A DNA stretch of 64,000 nucleotides from assembly GCA_964601735.1 (NCBI GenBank), contig CAZROO010000002.1, positions 61,109 through 125,108 of the forward strand, read 5' to 3'. The first letter of the stretch is position 1. Every line of letters starts with the position of its first letter. Under the pieces are notes generated by a model. That model did not search any database. It saw only the letters and a list, made by a program, of their open reading frames with translations, and had not been told where the DNA came from. The position numbers were made by a program, and so were the translations under genes. Of the stretch, positions 41,630 through 53,133 are shown piece after piece. The DNA is from an uncultured Pseudomonadales bacterium (GTDB lineage Bacteria > Pseudomonadota > Alphaproteobacteria > UBA2136 > UBA6156).

Positions 41630-42283
41630 ATGTCCAAAATATTGCCCGTCATTGTAGCGCCGCATCAGTTGCTGTTGCAAAAATCCGAACCCGTCAAAAC
41701 CGTGGACGCCGCCGTGCGTGCCACGCTCGATAACATGCTGGCTACGCTGTACGCCGCCGATGGCGTGGGGCTGGCCGCGCCGCAGGTCGGTATTCTGGAG
41801 CGTCTGGTGGTGATGGATTTGGGCACCGAACGCGCCGACGGCAAGCGCGATTACAGCAAGCCGAACCCTCAGGTGCTGGTGAACCCGGAAATTGTGGGCC
41901 GCAGCAAAGAGATGCGCGTGCACCAGGAAGGTTGCCTGAGCATCCCCAACATTTACACCGATGTGGAACGCCCTGACCGCGTGACCCTCAAGTGGCTGGA
42001 CAAGGAAGGTGCGCCGCAGCAGCAGGAATTCGATGGCCTGCATGCCACGGTCATCCAACATGAGGTCGACCACCTCGACGGCATCCTGTTCCTCAAGCGC
42101 CTGAGCCGCCTGCAGCGCGAACGCATGGAAAAGAAATACGCCAAGTTCCTGCCGGATTTCATCGAGCATCCCAAGTATGCCATCAGCGTGCAGGGGCAGG
42201 GCGTGGTTGCGGCCTGCAACCATGACCACGGGCACCACCACCATCACCATGTGCACGGGCCCCATTGCAATCATGACCATTAG
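41630..42283 (+). CDS. def: peptide deformylase with a His-rich C-terminal extension
   Basis: All three motifs are present: GVGLAAPQVG, EGCLSIP and HEVDHLDG. The C-terminus is ACNHDHGHHHHHHVHGPHCNHDH. Confidence 0.92.
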   Translation: MSKILPVIVAPHQLLLQKSEPVKTVDAAVRATLDNMLATLYAADGVGLAAPQVGILERLVVMDLGTERADGKRDYSKPNPQVLVNPEIVGRSKEMRVHQEGCLSIPNIYTDVERPDRVTLKWLDKEGAPQQQEFDGLHATVIQHEVDHLDGILFLKRLSRLQRERMEKKYAKFLPDFIEHPKYAISVQGQGVVAACNHDHGHHHHHHVHGPHCNHDH

Positions 42284-42362
42284 CCCTTCGCGCAGCGAAC
42301 AAGAGCTTGGCTCGCTGCAGACCCGAAGGGGCGAAAGCGGCCGAATTAAAGATATCATCTTC

Positions 42363-43274
42363 ATGGGGTCGCCCGCCTTTGCGGTGCCCTCGCTCAAGCT
42401 GCTGTCTCAACAGTTCAACATTGTCGCCGTCTATACCCAGCCGCCGCGCCCGGCGGGCCGGGGGCAGGCCGAGCAGAAAACACCGGTGCACCAGTTGGCG
42501 GAAGAACTGGGCCTGAAAGTCCATCACCCGCTAAAACTCAAGGCCGAGACGCTGGATGAAGTGCTGGCCATCAAATGCGATGCCATCGCGGTGGTGGCCT
42601 ACGGCCTGCTGCTGCCCAAAAAGCTGGTCGACGAACGCCTGTGCCTCAACCTGCACCCGAGCGCCCTGCCGCGCTGGCGCGGCGCCGCACCGCTGCAGCA
42701 CACGCTGCTCAACGGCGACACGCATACCGATATCTGCATCATGAAGCTGGACGAAGGCATGGATACCGGCCCGGTGTACAGCAGGCTGCCAACAGTTGTA
42801 CCGCCGGACATCACTTTTGGCCGGTTACATGACCTTTGTGCACAGAAAGGTGCCGAGCAACTGACAGCAGTGCTACACAAACTGCCAGGCCTTCAACCCG
42901 TGCCGCAGGTGGGTGAAGCAACCCACGCCTTCAAGCTGACCGCCGAACACCGCCTCATCGACTGGCATAAGACAGCGACCGAAATCAATAATCAAATCCG
43001 TGCCTTATCCCCCACTCCCGGCGCCGTCACTCATCTGCTGGGCGAGAACGTAAAAGTGCAGGGCAGTACGGTAGTTACCACCGCCGAGGCGCATACCGCC
43101 GGTGAAATTCTGCACCTCGACGACGACGGCCTGACCATCGCCTGTGGTCAAAACGCCATTCACATCAGCCACATCCAGCGCCCCGGCAAAAAAATGCAGC
43201 CGGTGGCCGAGGTGGCGCGCGGCTGGGCGGCGCTTACGCCCGGTATGGTTGCAGGCCGCCCCGCGCAGGCCTAG
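42363..43274 (+). CDS. fmt: methionyl-tRNA formyltransferase
   Basis: GSPAFAVPSLKLL...VAVYTQPPRPAGRGQ and HPSALPRWRGAAPLQ. The first ATG (42363) removes the conserved first strand (KDIIF). The true start may be ATT 42345 or ATG 42273 (see findings). Confidence 0.88.
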   Translation: MGSPAFAVPSLKLLSQQFNIVAVYTQPPRPAGRGQAEQKTPVHQLAEELGLKVHHPLKLKAETLDEVLAIKCDAIAVVAYGLLLPKKLVDERLCLNLHPSALPRWRGAAPLQHTLLNGDTHTDICIMKLDEGMDTGPVYSRLPTVVPPDITFGRLHDLCAQKGAEQLTAVLHKLPGLQPVPQVGEATHAFKLTAEHRLIDWHKTATEINNQIRALSPTPGAVTHLLGENVKVQGSTVVTTAEAHTAGEILHLDDDGLTIACGQNAIHISHIQRPGKKMQPVAEVARGWAALTPGMVAGRPAQA

Positions 43275-43355
43275 CCTTGGTCCGATGCCGCCCTCGCTGT
43301 TTCAGAGTCCACTTCAACCTTGCCCGGAATTTCTTTTTACTCTAGGGCGTTACCT

Positions 43356-44144
43356 ATGCGCTTGAAACTGACGCTTCAATATACCGGCACCGGTCTTTAC
43401 GGCTGGCAGGCGCAGCCCAAGGACAATCTGCCGACGGTGCAGGGCCACCTGATGGAAGCGTTTAAAAGCCTCAAGGTCAGGGCTGCCGACCCGGTGGCCG
43501 CCGGGCGCACCGACGCGGGCGTGCACGCCCTCGGCCAAACAGTGCATGTCGACGTGGAGAAGCGGCTGGAGCTCATCAAGTTCTGGGGCGGCCTCAACCG
43601 GTTTCTGCCGGAGAGCATCCGCATCATGCGCGTGGCCGAGGTCGATGACAAATTCCACGCCCGTTACAGTGCCCTGCAGCGCCAGTACCGCTACCTGATT
43701 TACAGCGGCCGCGATTTGCCGCCGCATCTGGTGGGCAAGGTCGGGCATGTGCGCCATCCGCTCAACTTCCAGGCCATGAACAAGGCGCTAAAAAAGCTGA
43801 AATACGGCGAGCATGATTTCAGCGCCTTTCGCGACGCTGAATGCCAAAGTCGTACGCCCATCTGCCGCCTTATCACTCGCAAATTGCTGCTGACCCGCGA
43901 TGCGCTGGGTACGCCGCTCATCGCCCTCGACATCGCCGCCGACCACTTCCTCCATCACATGGTGCGCAACATCGTCGGCACGCTGGTCGAAGTCGGCGAG
44001 GGCAAGCGTACCGAAAAAGCGTTAGTGGACTTAATCAAAACCAAAGACCGTAAACTGGCGGGGATGACCTTCAGTCCCGACGGTCTCTATTTCATGGCGG
44101 TGAAGTATCTGCGGCATAAGGAGCTGGAAAGTATTGGTAAATAA
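43356..44144 (+). CDS. truA: tRNA pseudouridine(38-40) synthase TruA
   Basis: MRLKLTLQYTGTGLYGWQAQP and the catalytic motif AAGRTDAGVHALGQ. Trimmed to ATG 43356. Confidence 0.9.
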   Translation: MRLKLTLQYTGTGLYGWQAQPKDNLPTVQGHLMEAFKSLKVRAADPVAAGRTDAGVHALGQTVHVDVEKRLELIKFWGGLNRFLPESIRIMRVAEVDDKFHARYSALQRQYRYLIYSGRDLPPHLVGKVGHVRHPLNFQAMNKALKKLKYGEHDFSAFRDAECQSRTPICRLITRKLLLTRDALGTPLIALDIAADHFLHHMVRNIVGTLVEVGEGKRTEKALVDLIKTKDRKLAGMTFSPDGLYFMAVKYLRHKELESIGK

Positions 44145-44168
44145 CAAGCGGCCCGAAGGCCGCTTGTT
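44143..44168. terminator. hairpin between convergent truA and sucD
   Basis: 11-bp stem AACAAGCGGCC-CGAA-GGCCGCTTGTT with a weak U-tract. Confidence 0.55.
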
Positions 44169-44179
44169 ATCAAGCTGAA

Positions 44180-45063
44180 TTAACCGAGGATTTTCTTTAC
44201 CGCCTCGCCCATCATAGTAGGAATGGGAACCACGGTCACGCCCGCTTCGGTCAGCGCACGTTCCTTGGCTTCGGCGGTGTCAGCCCCGCCGCTCACAATC
44301 GCCCCGGCGTGGCCCATGCGGCGGCCCTTGGGGGCGGTGCGCCCGGCAATAAAGCCCACCACTGGCTTGGTGATGCGGCTGGCGATGAAGTTAGCAGCTT
44401 CCACTTCCGCCGCGCCGCCGATTTCGCCAATCATCACGATAGCCTCGGTTTGCGGGTCGTTCTCAAACGCTTCCAGAACCGGGATATAACCGGTACCGGG
44501 AATCGGGTCGCCGCCGATGCCAACGCAGGTGCTTTGGCCCAGGCCCACTTCGGTGGTCTGGCGCACGGCTTCATACGTCAGCGTGCCGGATTTGCTGACA
44601 ATGCCGATGCGGCCCTTTTTATGAATATGCGCGGGCATAATGCCGATTTTGCAGCCGCCCTTGTCGCCGGGGGTGATAATGCCCGGGCAGTTGGGGCCGA
44701 TGAGGCGCATGGTGTTATTGGGGTCAAGCAAACGACGTTTTACCTTCAGCATGTCCTGCACCGGAATACCCTCGGTGATGCACACGCAAATCTTCACGCC
44801 TGCTTCCTGCGCTTCCAGAATCGCGTCGGCGGCAAACGGCGGCGGCACGTAAATCACGCTTGCCTCGGCGCCGGTCTGCACCACGGCGTCGCGCACGGTG
44901 TCGAACACCGGCAGGCCCAGATGGTTGGTGCCGCCCTTGCCCGGCGTCACGCCGCCTACATATCTGCTGCCATACTTCAGCGCGGCCTCGGTATGGAAGG
45001 TGCCGTGCTTGCCGGTAATCCCCTGGGTAATGACCTTGGTGGTTTCAGAAATGAAAATGGCCA

Positions 45064-45064
<1 letters not shown>
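44180..45064 (-). CDS. sucD: succinyl-CoA synthetase alpha subunit
   Basis: 294 aa. [10 protein letters not shown], the phosphohistidine loop SGTLTYE...MGHAGAI. Confidence 0.96.
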
Positions 45065-46233
<1,169 letters not shown>

Positions 46234-46255
46234 CCTCTCGTCCTGTACTTAGTTC

Positions 46256-46615
46256 TTACTTCGAGGCCGGTGTAGCCGTGGGCATCGGCGGCATGGCCGG
46301 CGGGGGCGGCGGCATCATGGCCTTTTGCATTTCCTCGGAGGTCAGCTTTTTCACCTTTTTCATGCCATCCAGGTCGCACGGCATGTTGGTGGTGGTGCCG
46401 TCGGTCTTTTTGAACTCGCACATCGAGGGCATGGCGGGCATCGGCGGCATGGCAGGCATCGACATCGACGGCATGGCCGGAGGCGTGGGCATGTTGGGCA
46501 TGGCAGGCATGGCCGGGGCAGCGCCCTTGGCGGCGGCGTCGAACTGTTCGCCGTTGGCGGCGTAGGCGGCGGGCGCCAGGGCGGCGGCCAGCATCAGGGA
46601 GTAGGCGATACGCAT
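46256..46615 (-). CDS. secreted Met/Pro-rich protein (119 aa)
   Basis: AAGGAG Shine-Dalgarno sequence. Signal peptide MRIAYSLMLAAALAPAAYA. The mature part has 17 Met by my count, in MxxM/MxM runs (AMPAMPNMPTPPAMPSMSMPAMPPMPAMPSM), plus 2 Cys. Trimmed from track ORF 46256..46780. Confidence 0.7.
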   Translation of the reverse strand: MRIAYSLMLAAALAPAAYAANGEQFDAAAKGAAPAMPAMPNMPTPPAMPSMSMPAMPPMPAMPSMCEFKKTDGTTTNMPCDLDGMKKVKKLTSEEMQKAMMPPPPPAMPPMPTATPASK

Positions 46616-46643
46616 TGTGTTTTCTCCTTTATTTATAACAGGG

Positions 46644-48508
<1,865 letters not shown>

Positions 48509-48596
48509 GGCGTTCTCCATAGCACGGCCTTGAACGATGCTGGGCAAAAATGCCCATAACTTAAGAAGTAAAAGAGGCTCCTTGCGGAGCCCCCTG

Positions 48597-48996
48597 CATT
48601 GCGCACCGGTAAGCCGGGTTTTGTCTAATGAGTTTCCTCATCGAGACCACCATTCATCTGGACTACATATTACTAAGTAGCCTCAAGCCGCCGACCCGGC
48701 CGCCGCTGGCCTGTGGACGCAGGCGCGTGGACGGCCCTATTTGGCGTTGCTCCTGACGAGGGTTGCCTGTGCCCGCTTCATTACTGTTGCGGCGGTGGGC
48801 TCTTACCCCACCATTTCACCCTTACCTGTTTTGGATATTGCAGGCGGTATGGTCCAACCAGGGGTTGGCACCTATTTCTGTGGTCCTGTCTGTCACTGGT
48901 GCCCCAGTGCCCGGCAAATTAACCGGCGTCATGTCCCTTTAGGAGCCCGGACTTTCCTCGGTTCGGTTACCCGAAACGCGGTGGTCTGGTGCGCGC
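48597..48996 (-). ncRNA. rnpB: RNase P RNA (bacterial type A)
   Basis: Minus strand carries GAGGAAAGTCCGGGCTCC (revcomp of 48938-48958), GGGTGAAATGGTGGGGTAAGAGCCCACCGCC and ACAAAACCCGGCTTA (revcomp of 48621-48635). P1 pairs GCGCACC with GGTGCGC. A terminator hairpin GGGGCTCC-GCAA-GGAGCC + TCTTTT follows. The ends are accurate to about 5 nt. Confidence 0.9.
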
Positions 48997-48999
48997 CTC

Positions 49000-49028
49000 T
49001 ATTTAGGGCAGTCATGGTGGGCTGGCAA
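49000..49028 (-). promoter_or_regulatory. candidate rnpB promoter
   Basis: Minus strand TTGCCA (49028-49023), 17-nt spacer, TAAATA (49005-49000). This places the start site at the predicted P1 5' end. Confidence 0.5.
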
Positions 49029-49129
49029 GGGCGGCGGCAAAGGCCTGCAAATACGCCAATTAAGGATTTATCCCCCAGGTTATCCACAGGCAAGACACGC
49101 GGAAAGTATAAAAAAGAGCTCTTTTTTAC

Positions 49130-49162
49130 TTGCCTTGTCCCATTCAATCCCATAAATTCCCA
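49130..49162 (+). promoter_or_regulatory. candidate mraZ (dcw) promoter overlapped by three 10-bp-phased TCCCA (TGGGA) repeats, a putative MraZ operator
   Basis: TTGCCT (49130-35), 17-nt spacer, TAAATT (49153-58). TCCCA occurs at 49138-42, 49148-52 and 49158-62. Confidence 0.45.
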
Positions 49163-49291
49163 CCGTCGCCCAAATACAACCATGGGTGATCCAAAACGGG
49201 ACCGCGGCCGATTCCTTTCTAGGTAGGTGGCGGAGAACAGGGCAGATGGGCGACACAATGCCCTGATGAGAGGGGGAGGCTGGTACTAAAG

Positions 49292-49750
49292 ATGACGGTG
49301 TTTCTGGCGAGCTACCAGAATGGGGTGGACCGTAAGGGACGCGTTTCAGTACCGGCCTCTTTTAGGAATGAAATGGCCGCTCACGCGCGCCAGGTGGTTG
49401 TGGTGTATGTAGCGCCTGAAGGAGGATATTTATATGGCTGGGCTTATGACGATTTTGTTAAACTCGCTGCGCAAATCCAGCGGTTACCGGCACTCAGCCC
49501 CACGCGCGCGCGACTGGCGCGGGCAATTCTTGCTGCTGCTCGGCCACTGAATTTCGACGACACCGGCCGCATCGGCGTGCCGGAAGACCTGCTGAAGCAG
49601 GCAGGTATTACCGACCAGGCCCTGTTTGCCGGCCAGGGCGAATACTTCACCATCTGGAACCCCGAACGCTACACCGCCCAACAGGCCGCCGATGCCAGCT
49701 TCTTTGAATCCGACCTGCAAGCCCTCAACGAACTGGGTGCGGCCGAATAA
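49292..49750 (+). CDS. mraZ: division/cell wall cluster transcriptional regulator MraZ
   Basis: Two SpoVT/AbrB-like halves with DxxxR motifs (VDRKGRVSVP, DDTGRIGVP). Confidence 0.93.
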   Translation: MTVFLASYQNGVDRKGRVSVPASFRNEMAAHARQVVVVYVAPEGGYLYGWAYDDFVKLAAQIQRLPALSPTRARLARAILAAARPLNFDDTGRIGVPEDLLKQAGITDQALFAGQGEYFTIWNPERYTAQQAADASFFESDLQALNELGAAE

Positions 49751-49837
49751 CCAACTTCCGGGTAACCCAAAGAACAACAAAAATAGAGGAGGGGAGGGTG
49801 CTGTAGAGCACGGAGGACTAACAGGTATGTTAAACAT

Positions 49838-50773
49838 ATGACCGATAAGGTATATAATCCCCCTATGGGATTTAATGAAAAAGGCCAAAAGGCTCACGAG
49901 CCGGCATCGGGGACAGTCCATGTCCCCGTTTTATTGAACGAGTGCCTTGAGGTGCTGCAACCGAAGCTGGGTAAAACGCTTGTCGACGGTACGCTCGGCG
50001 GCGGCGGCCACAGTGAGGCCTTGTTGGGCAAGGGCGCCGAAGTCATTGGGCTCGACTGGGATGAGGCCGCGCTCAAGCGCGTGCACCAGCGCGTAGCCTG
50101 CGAAGTGGATGCCGGGATGATGAAGCTCATCCACAGCGGCTTTGGCGATATGGCTAAAGTCATCACCGAACCGGTGGACGGCATTCTGCTCGACCTGGGC
50201 TTGAGCTCCGACCAGCTCGACGACCCCGAACGCGGCCTCAGTTATCACAACGACGGCCCGCTCGACATGCGCATGGACAGCCGCTTGCGCAAAACCGCCG
50301 CCGATATTCTGGCGACCACGCCCGAACGTGAGCTGGCGGATGTATTCTACAAGTATGGGCAGGAACCCAAATCCCGCGTGCTGGCCGCGGCCATTTGCAC
50401 GGCCCGCAAAGCCAGTCCTGTAAAAACTACTAAAGATTTGCTGGCGATTATCGAAAAAATCTACCCGCCCAAACCCTGGCTGCACCGCTCGCACCCGGCG
50501 GCGCGCATCTTCCAGGCCTTGCGCATTGCCGTAAATGGCGAGCTCGAGCATCTGCAAAAGGCTCTCGCCGCCGCGCCCGGCCTGCTCAAGCCGGGTGGGC
50601 GGCTGGCTGTGATAACTTTTCAACCCGAGGAAGACCGGATGGTGAAGGCGGGCTTCCGTGCCGCGGGTGAGGGATATAAGGTTTGGAAGAAAATTCTGCC
50701 GACCGAGGCGGAAGTAGAGAGCAACCCCCGCGCGCGCAGCGCCAAACTAAGAGTTCTAGAACGTCTGGCATGA
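49838..50773 (+). CDS. rsmH: 16S rRNA (cytosine1402-N4)-methyltransferase RsmH
   Basis: HVPVLLNE, DGTLGGGGHS, DLGLSSDQLD, AVITFQPEEDRMVK. Confidence 0.93.
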   Translation: MTDKVYNPPMGFNEKGQKAHEPASGTVHVPVLLNECLEVLQPKLGKTLVDGTLGGGGHSEALLGKGAEVIGLDWDEAALKRVHQRVACEVDAGMMKLIHSGFGDMAKVITEPVDGILLDLGLSSDQLDDPERGLSYHNDGPLDMRMDSRLRKTAADILATTPERELADVFYKYGQEPKSRVLAAAICTARKASPVKTTKDLLAIIEKIYPPKPWLHRSHPAARIFQALRIAVNGELEHLQKALAAAPGLLKPGGRLAVITFQPEEDRMVKAGFRAAGEGYKVWKKILPTEAEVESNPRARSAKLRVLERLA

Positions 50774-50779
50774 AAAACA

Positions 50780-50885
50780 GGCTTATCCTCTCCGGGCTTC
50801 ATGCCAGCGAAGGCTGGCATCCACGCATCTTCTTTCGCGGAGCGAACAAGAGCGTGGCTTGCTGTAGCGCAGCGGAAGTGGCCAC
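50780..50885 (+). repeat. intergenic palindromic repeats (family B hairpin plus family C)
   Basis: cttcatgccagcgaaggctggcatccacg, then tttcgcggagcgaacaagagcgtggcttgctgtag. The latter matches 42287..42325 (ttcgcgcagcgaacaagagcttggctcgctgcag). Confidence 0.55.
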
Positions 50886-50891
50886 GCTCTA

Positions 50892-51227
50892 ATGAAAAAC
50901 GGGCTCATCTGGCTGGCGGTGGTACTGAGCGTAACCGCCTTTGCCCTGATGCTGCGCCTGAAAACCGACGTGCAGACCCTGGCCCACCAGCGCAACAAGC
51001 TGGCCGATGAGCAATTCCAGATGAAGGAAACCAAGCGGGTGCTGGAGGCTGAATATGCTCATCTCAGCAACCCGTGGCGCCTGCTCAAGCTGGCGCGTAC
51101 CCGCAATTACATTGAGCTCACACCCTCGATGACCGCCGAGCCGCTGGTGCCGGTGTCCGGCACTGCCGTCAGTATGGTGGTGAGTAAGTCAACCCCGGCG
51201 CCTACCGGCCAGTGGGTGACCCAGTAG
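50892..51227 (+). CDS. ftsL: cell division protein FtsL (alphaproteobacterial type)
   Basis: 111 aa, one N-terminal TM then a coiled coil (LRLKTDVQTLAHQRNKLADEQFQMKE...). The position between rsmH and ftsI fits. Confidence 0.75.
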   Translation: MKNGLIWLAVVLSVTAFALMLRLKTDVQTLAHQRNKLADEQFQMKETKRVLEAEYAHLSNPWRLLKLARTRNYIELTPSMTAEPLVPVSGTAVSMVVSKSTPAPTGQWVTQ

Positions 51228-51305
51228 GTCTTTCACCACAGGCCGGAGGTCATTTTTTTTGCGTTGATGCGGCGCGTGGCCAAATAAACTGCTAATCTGT
51301 GCCCA

Positions 51306-53129
51306 ATGTCTGGGGATTGGAGAAAACCGTTTGCGCGTCCGGGTAATGGCTCCGGCGCGGGCGATTTCTCGCGCAAGAATCCCCTCCAGCAGCGCCGGGT
51401 GAAGGTACGGGCGGCGAGAGGTTTTCGCGATCCGCTGGGCATTCCCGACGAGCCGGTATCCAATATCCAGTTCCGCGCGGTAGTGGCGCTGTTCACCATC
51501 ACGCTGGCCATGCTCGGTATTGCCAGCCGCTTGGTGTACGTGGGCATGAGCCCGCCGATGGAACCACGCCCCAGCCTCCGCGCCATGCCGGTCGAGCCGC
51601 TGCGTCGCGGTAATATTTACGATCGCCACGGCACCCTGCTGGCGGCCACCATCAAGGTCTATTCGCTTTATGCCGACCCGGTGCGGATTCTCGACGTCAA
51701 GGAAGCGGTGAACAAGCTGCACACGCTGTTCCCCGACCTGCCGGCGGAGGGCCTGTTGAATGTGCTGGGCGATCGCGAGCGCCGCTTTGTCTGGATAAAA
51801 CGCCGCCTTACCCCCACGCAGGCGCAGGCCGCCAACGCGCTGGGGCTGCCGGGGCTGGCTTTCCGCGAGGAATACGTGCGCGTCTACCCGCTACAAAACG
51901 TGGCTAGCCATATTCTGGGCGCGGTGGACGTGGATAACAATGGCTTGGCCGGCGTCGAGCGCTACTACGACAACGATTTGAAAAAAGGCAAGGACATCAC
52001 GCTGGCGCTCGATCTCACCGCGCAAGACCTGCTGCGCGACGGCGTGCGCGACGCGGTGTTCCAGTCGGGCTCCAAATCCGGCTGGGGCGTGGTGCTCAAC
52101 GCCCGCACCGGCGAAATCATCGCCATGACCAGCCAGCCCGATTACGACCCCAACCACTTCGGCCACTCCACCGACGAAGCACGCTTCAACCGTGCCGCGC
52201 TGGCGAGTTATGAAATGGGCAGCACCTTCAAACTGTTCACGCTGGCAGAAGGGCTCGCAGACGGCGCCATCACGCCCGACACGCTCATCGACTGCCGCTA
52301 TCCGCTGCACATCGACAAGTACACCATCCGCGATTACCACGCCAAACACGCCATGCTCACGGCGCGCGAGGTGCTGCGTTACTCCAGTAACGTGGGCGCG
52401 GCGCAAATCGCCGACAAATCCGGCCCTGCCGCGCAAAAGGCCTTCCTCGACAAGCTCGGCCTGCTCAAACCGCTGTCCAATGTGGGTATTTCAGAAGTCG
52501 GGCCGGTGCGCTACCCGCGCAACTGGGGGCGGGTAGAAACCTTCACTATTGCCTTCGGCCACGGCATCATGGTCACGCCGTTGCACCTGGTGGCCGCCGT
52601 GGGCGCGCTGGTCACCGACGGCGTCTACCGCCCGCCGGTGGTGCTCAAGGGCGGCGAAAACCCCGCCACCTGGCATAAGGTGCTGGACCAACACACTGTC
52701 GACGAAGTCCGCGACCTGATGCGTGACGTAGTGGTCAACGGCAGCGGGCGCAGCGCCGCGGTGCCGGGCTACGACATCGGCGGCAAAACCGGTACGGCCG
52801 AAAAAATCGGCGCCCGCGGCTACGACCACAGCAAAAACGTGGTCAGCTTTGTGGCCGCGCTGCCGCTCACTCATCCCAAGTACATCACGCTCATCATGCT
52901 CGACGAACCCAAGCACGGGTACGAAACCGGCGGTAAAAGCGCGGCCCCGGCGGTCGGTGCTTTCCTGCGCCGGTATGCGCTGGTCGATGGCATTGCGCCG
53001 GATTTGGCCTTGCTCAAGTCCAGCAAGGAAGGCTACTTCAAAAGCCTGAGCATCCTGGTCGACCCCGAGTCCGATAACGACAGCGGTGCCAACATGGCCC
53101 CTCCGCCTTCGGCGCCGGATGAGGACTGA
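51306..53129 (+). CDS. ftsI: peptidoglycan D,D-transpeptidase FtsI (PBP3)
   Basis: TM anchor, PBP dimerisation domain, and transpeptidase motifs SYEMGSTFK, YSSN and GGKTGTA. Confidence 0.92.
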   Translation: MSGDWRKPFARPGNGSGAGDFSRKNPLQQRRVKVRAARGFRDPLGIPDEPVSNIQFRAVVALFTITLAMLGIASRLVYVGMSPPMEPRPSLRAMPVEPLRRGNIYDRHGTLLAATIKVYSLYADPVRILDVKEAVNKLHTLFPDLPAEGLLNVLGDRERRFVWIKRRLTPTQAQAANALGLPGLAFREEYVRVYPLQNVASHILGAVDVDNNGLAGVERYYDNDLKKGKDITLALDLTAQDLLRDGVRDAVFQSGSKSGWGVVLNARTGEIIAMTSQPDYDPNHFGHSTDEARFNRAALASYEMGSTFKLFTLAEGLADGAITPDTLIDCRYPLHIDKYTIRDYHAKHAMLTAREVLRYSSNVGAAQIADKSGPAAQKAFLDKLGLLKPLSNVGISEVGPVRYPRNWGRVETFTIAFGHGIMVTPLHLVAAVGALVTDGVYRPPVVLKGGENPATWHKVLDQHTVDEVRDLMRDVVVNGSGRSAAVPGYDIGGKTGTAEKIGARGYDHSKNVVSFVAALPLTHPKYITLIMLDEPKHGYETGGKSAAPAVGAFLRRYALVDGIAPDLALLKSSKEGYFKSLSILVDPESDNDSGANMAPPPSAPDED

Positions 53130-53133
53130 CCGT

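Noticed and set aside
48713-49258. ORFs of 69, 161 and 109 aa across 48.7-49.3 kb
   Set aside because: The region encodes RNase P RNA on the minus strand (conserved GGAAAGTCCGGGC and ACAAAACCCGGCTTA elements) and promoter DNA. The ORFs have no coding features.
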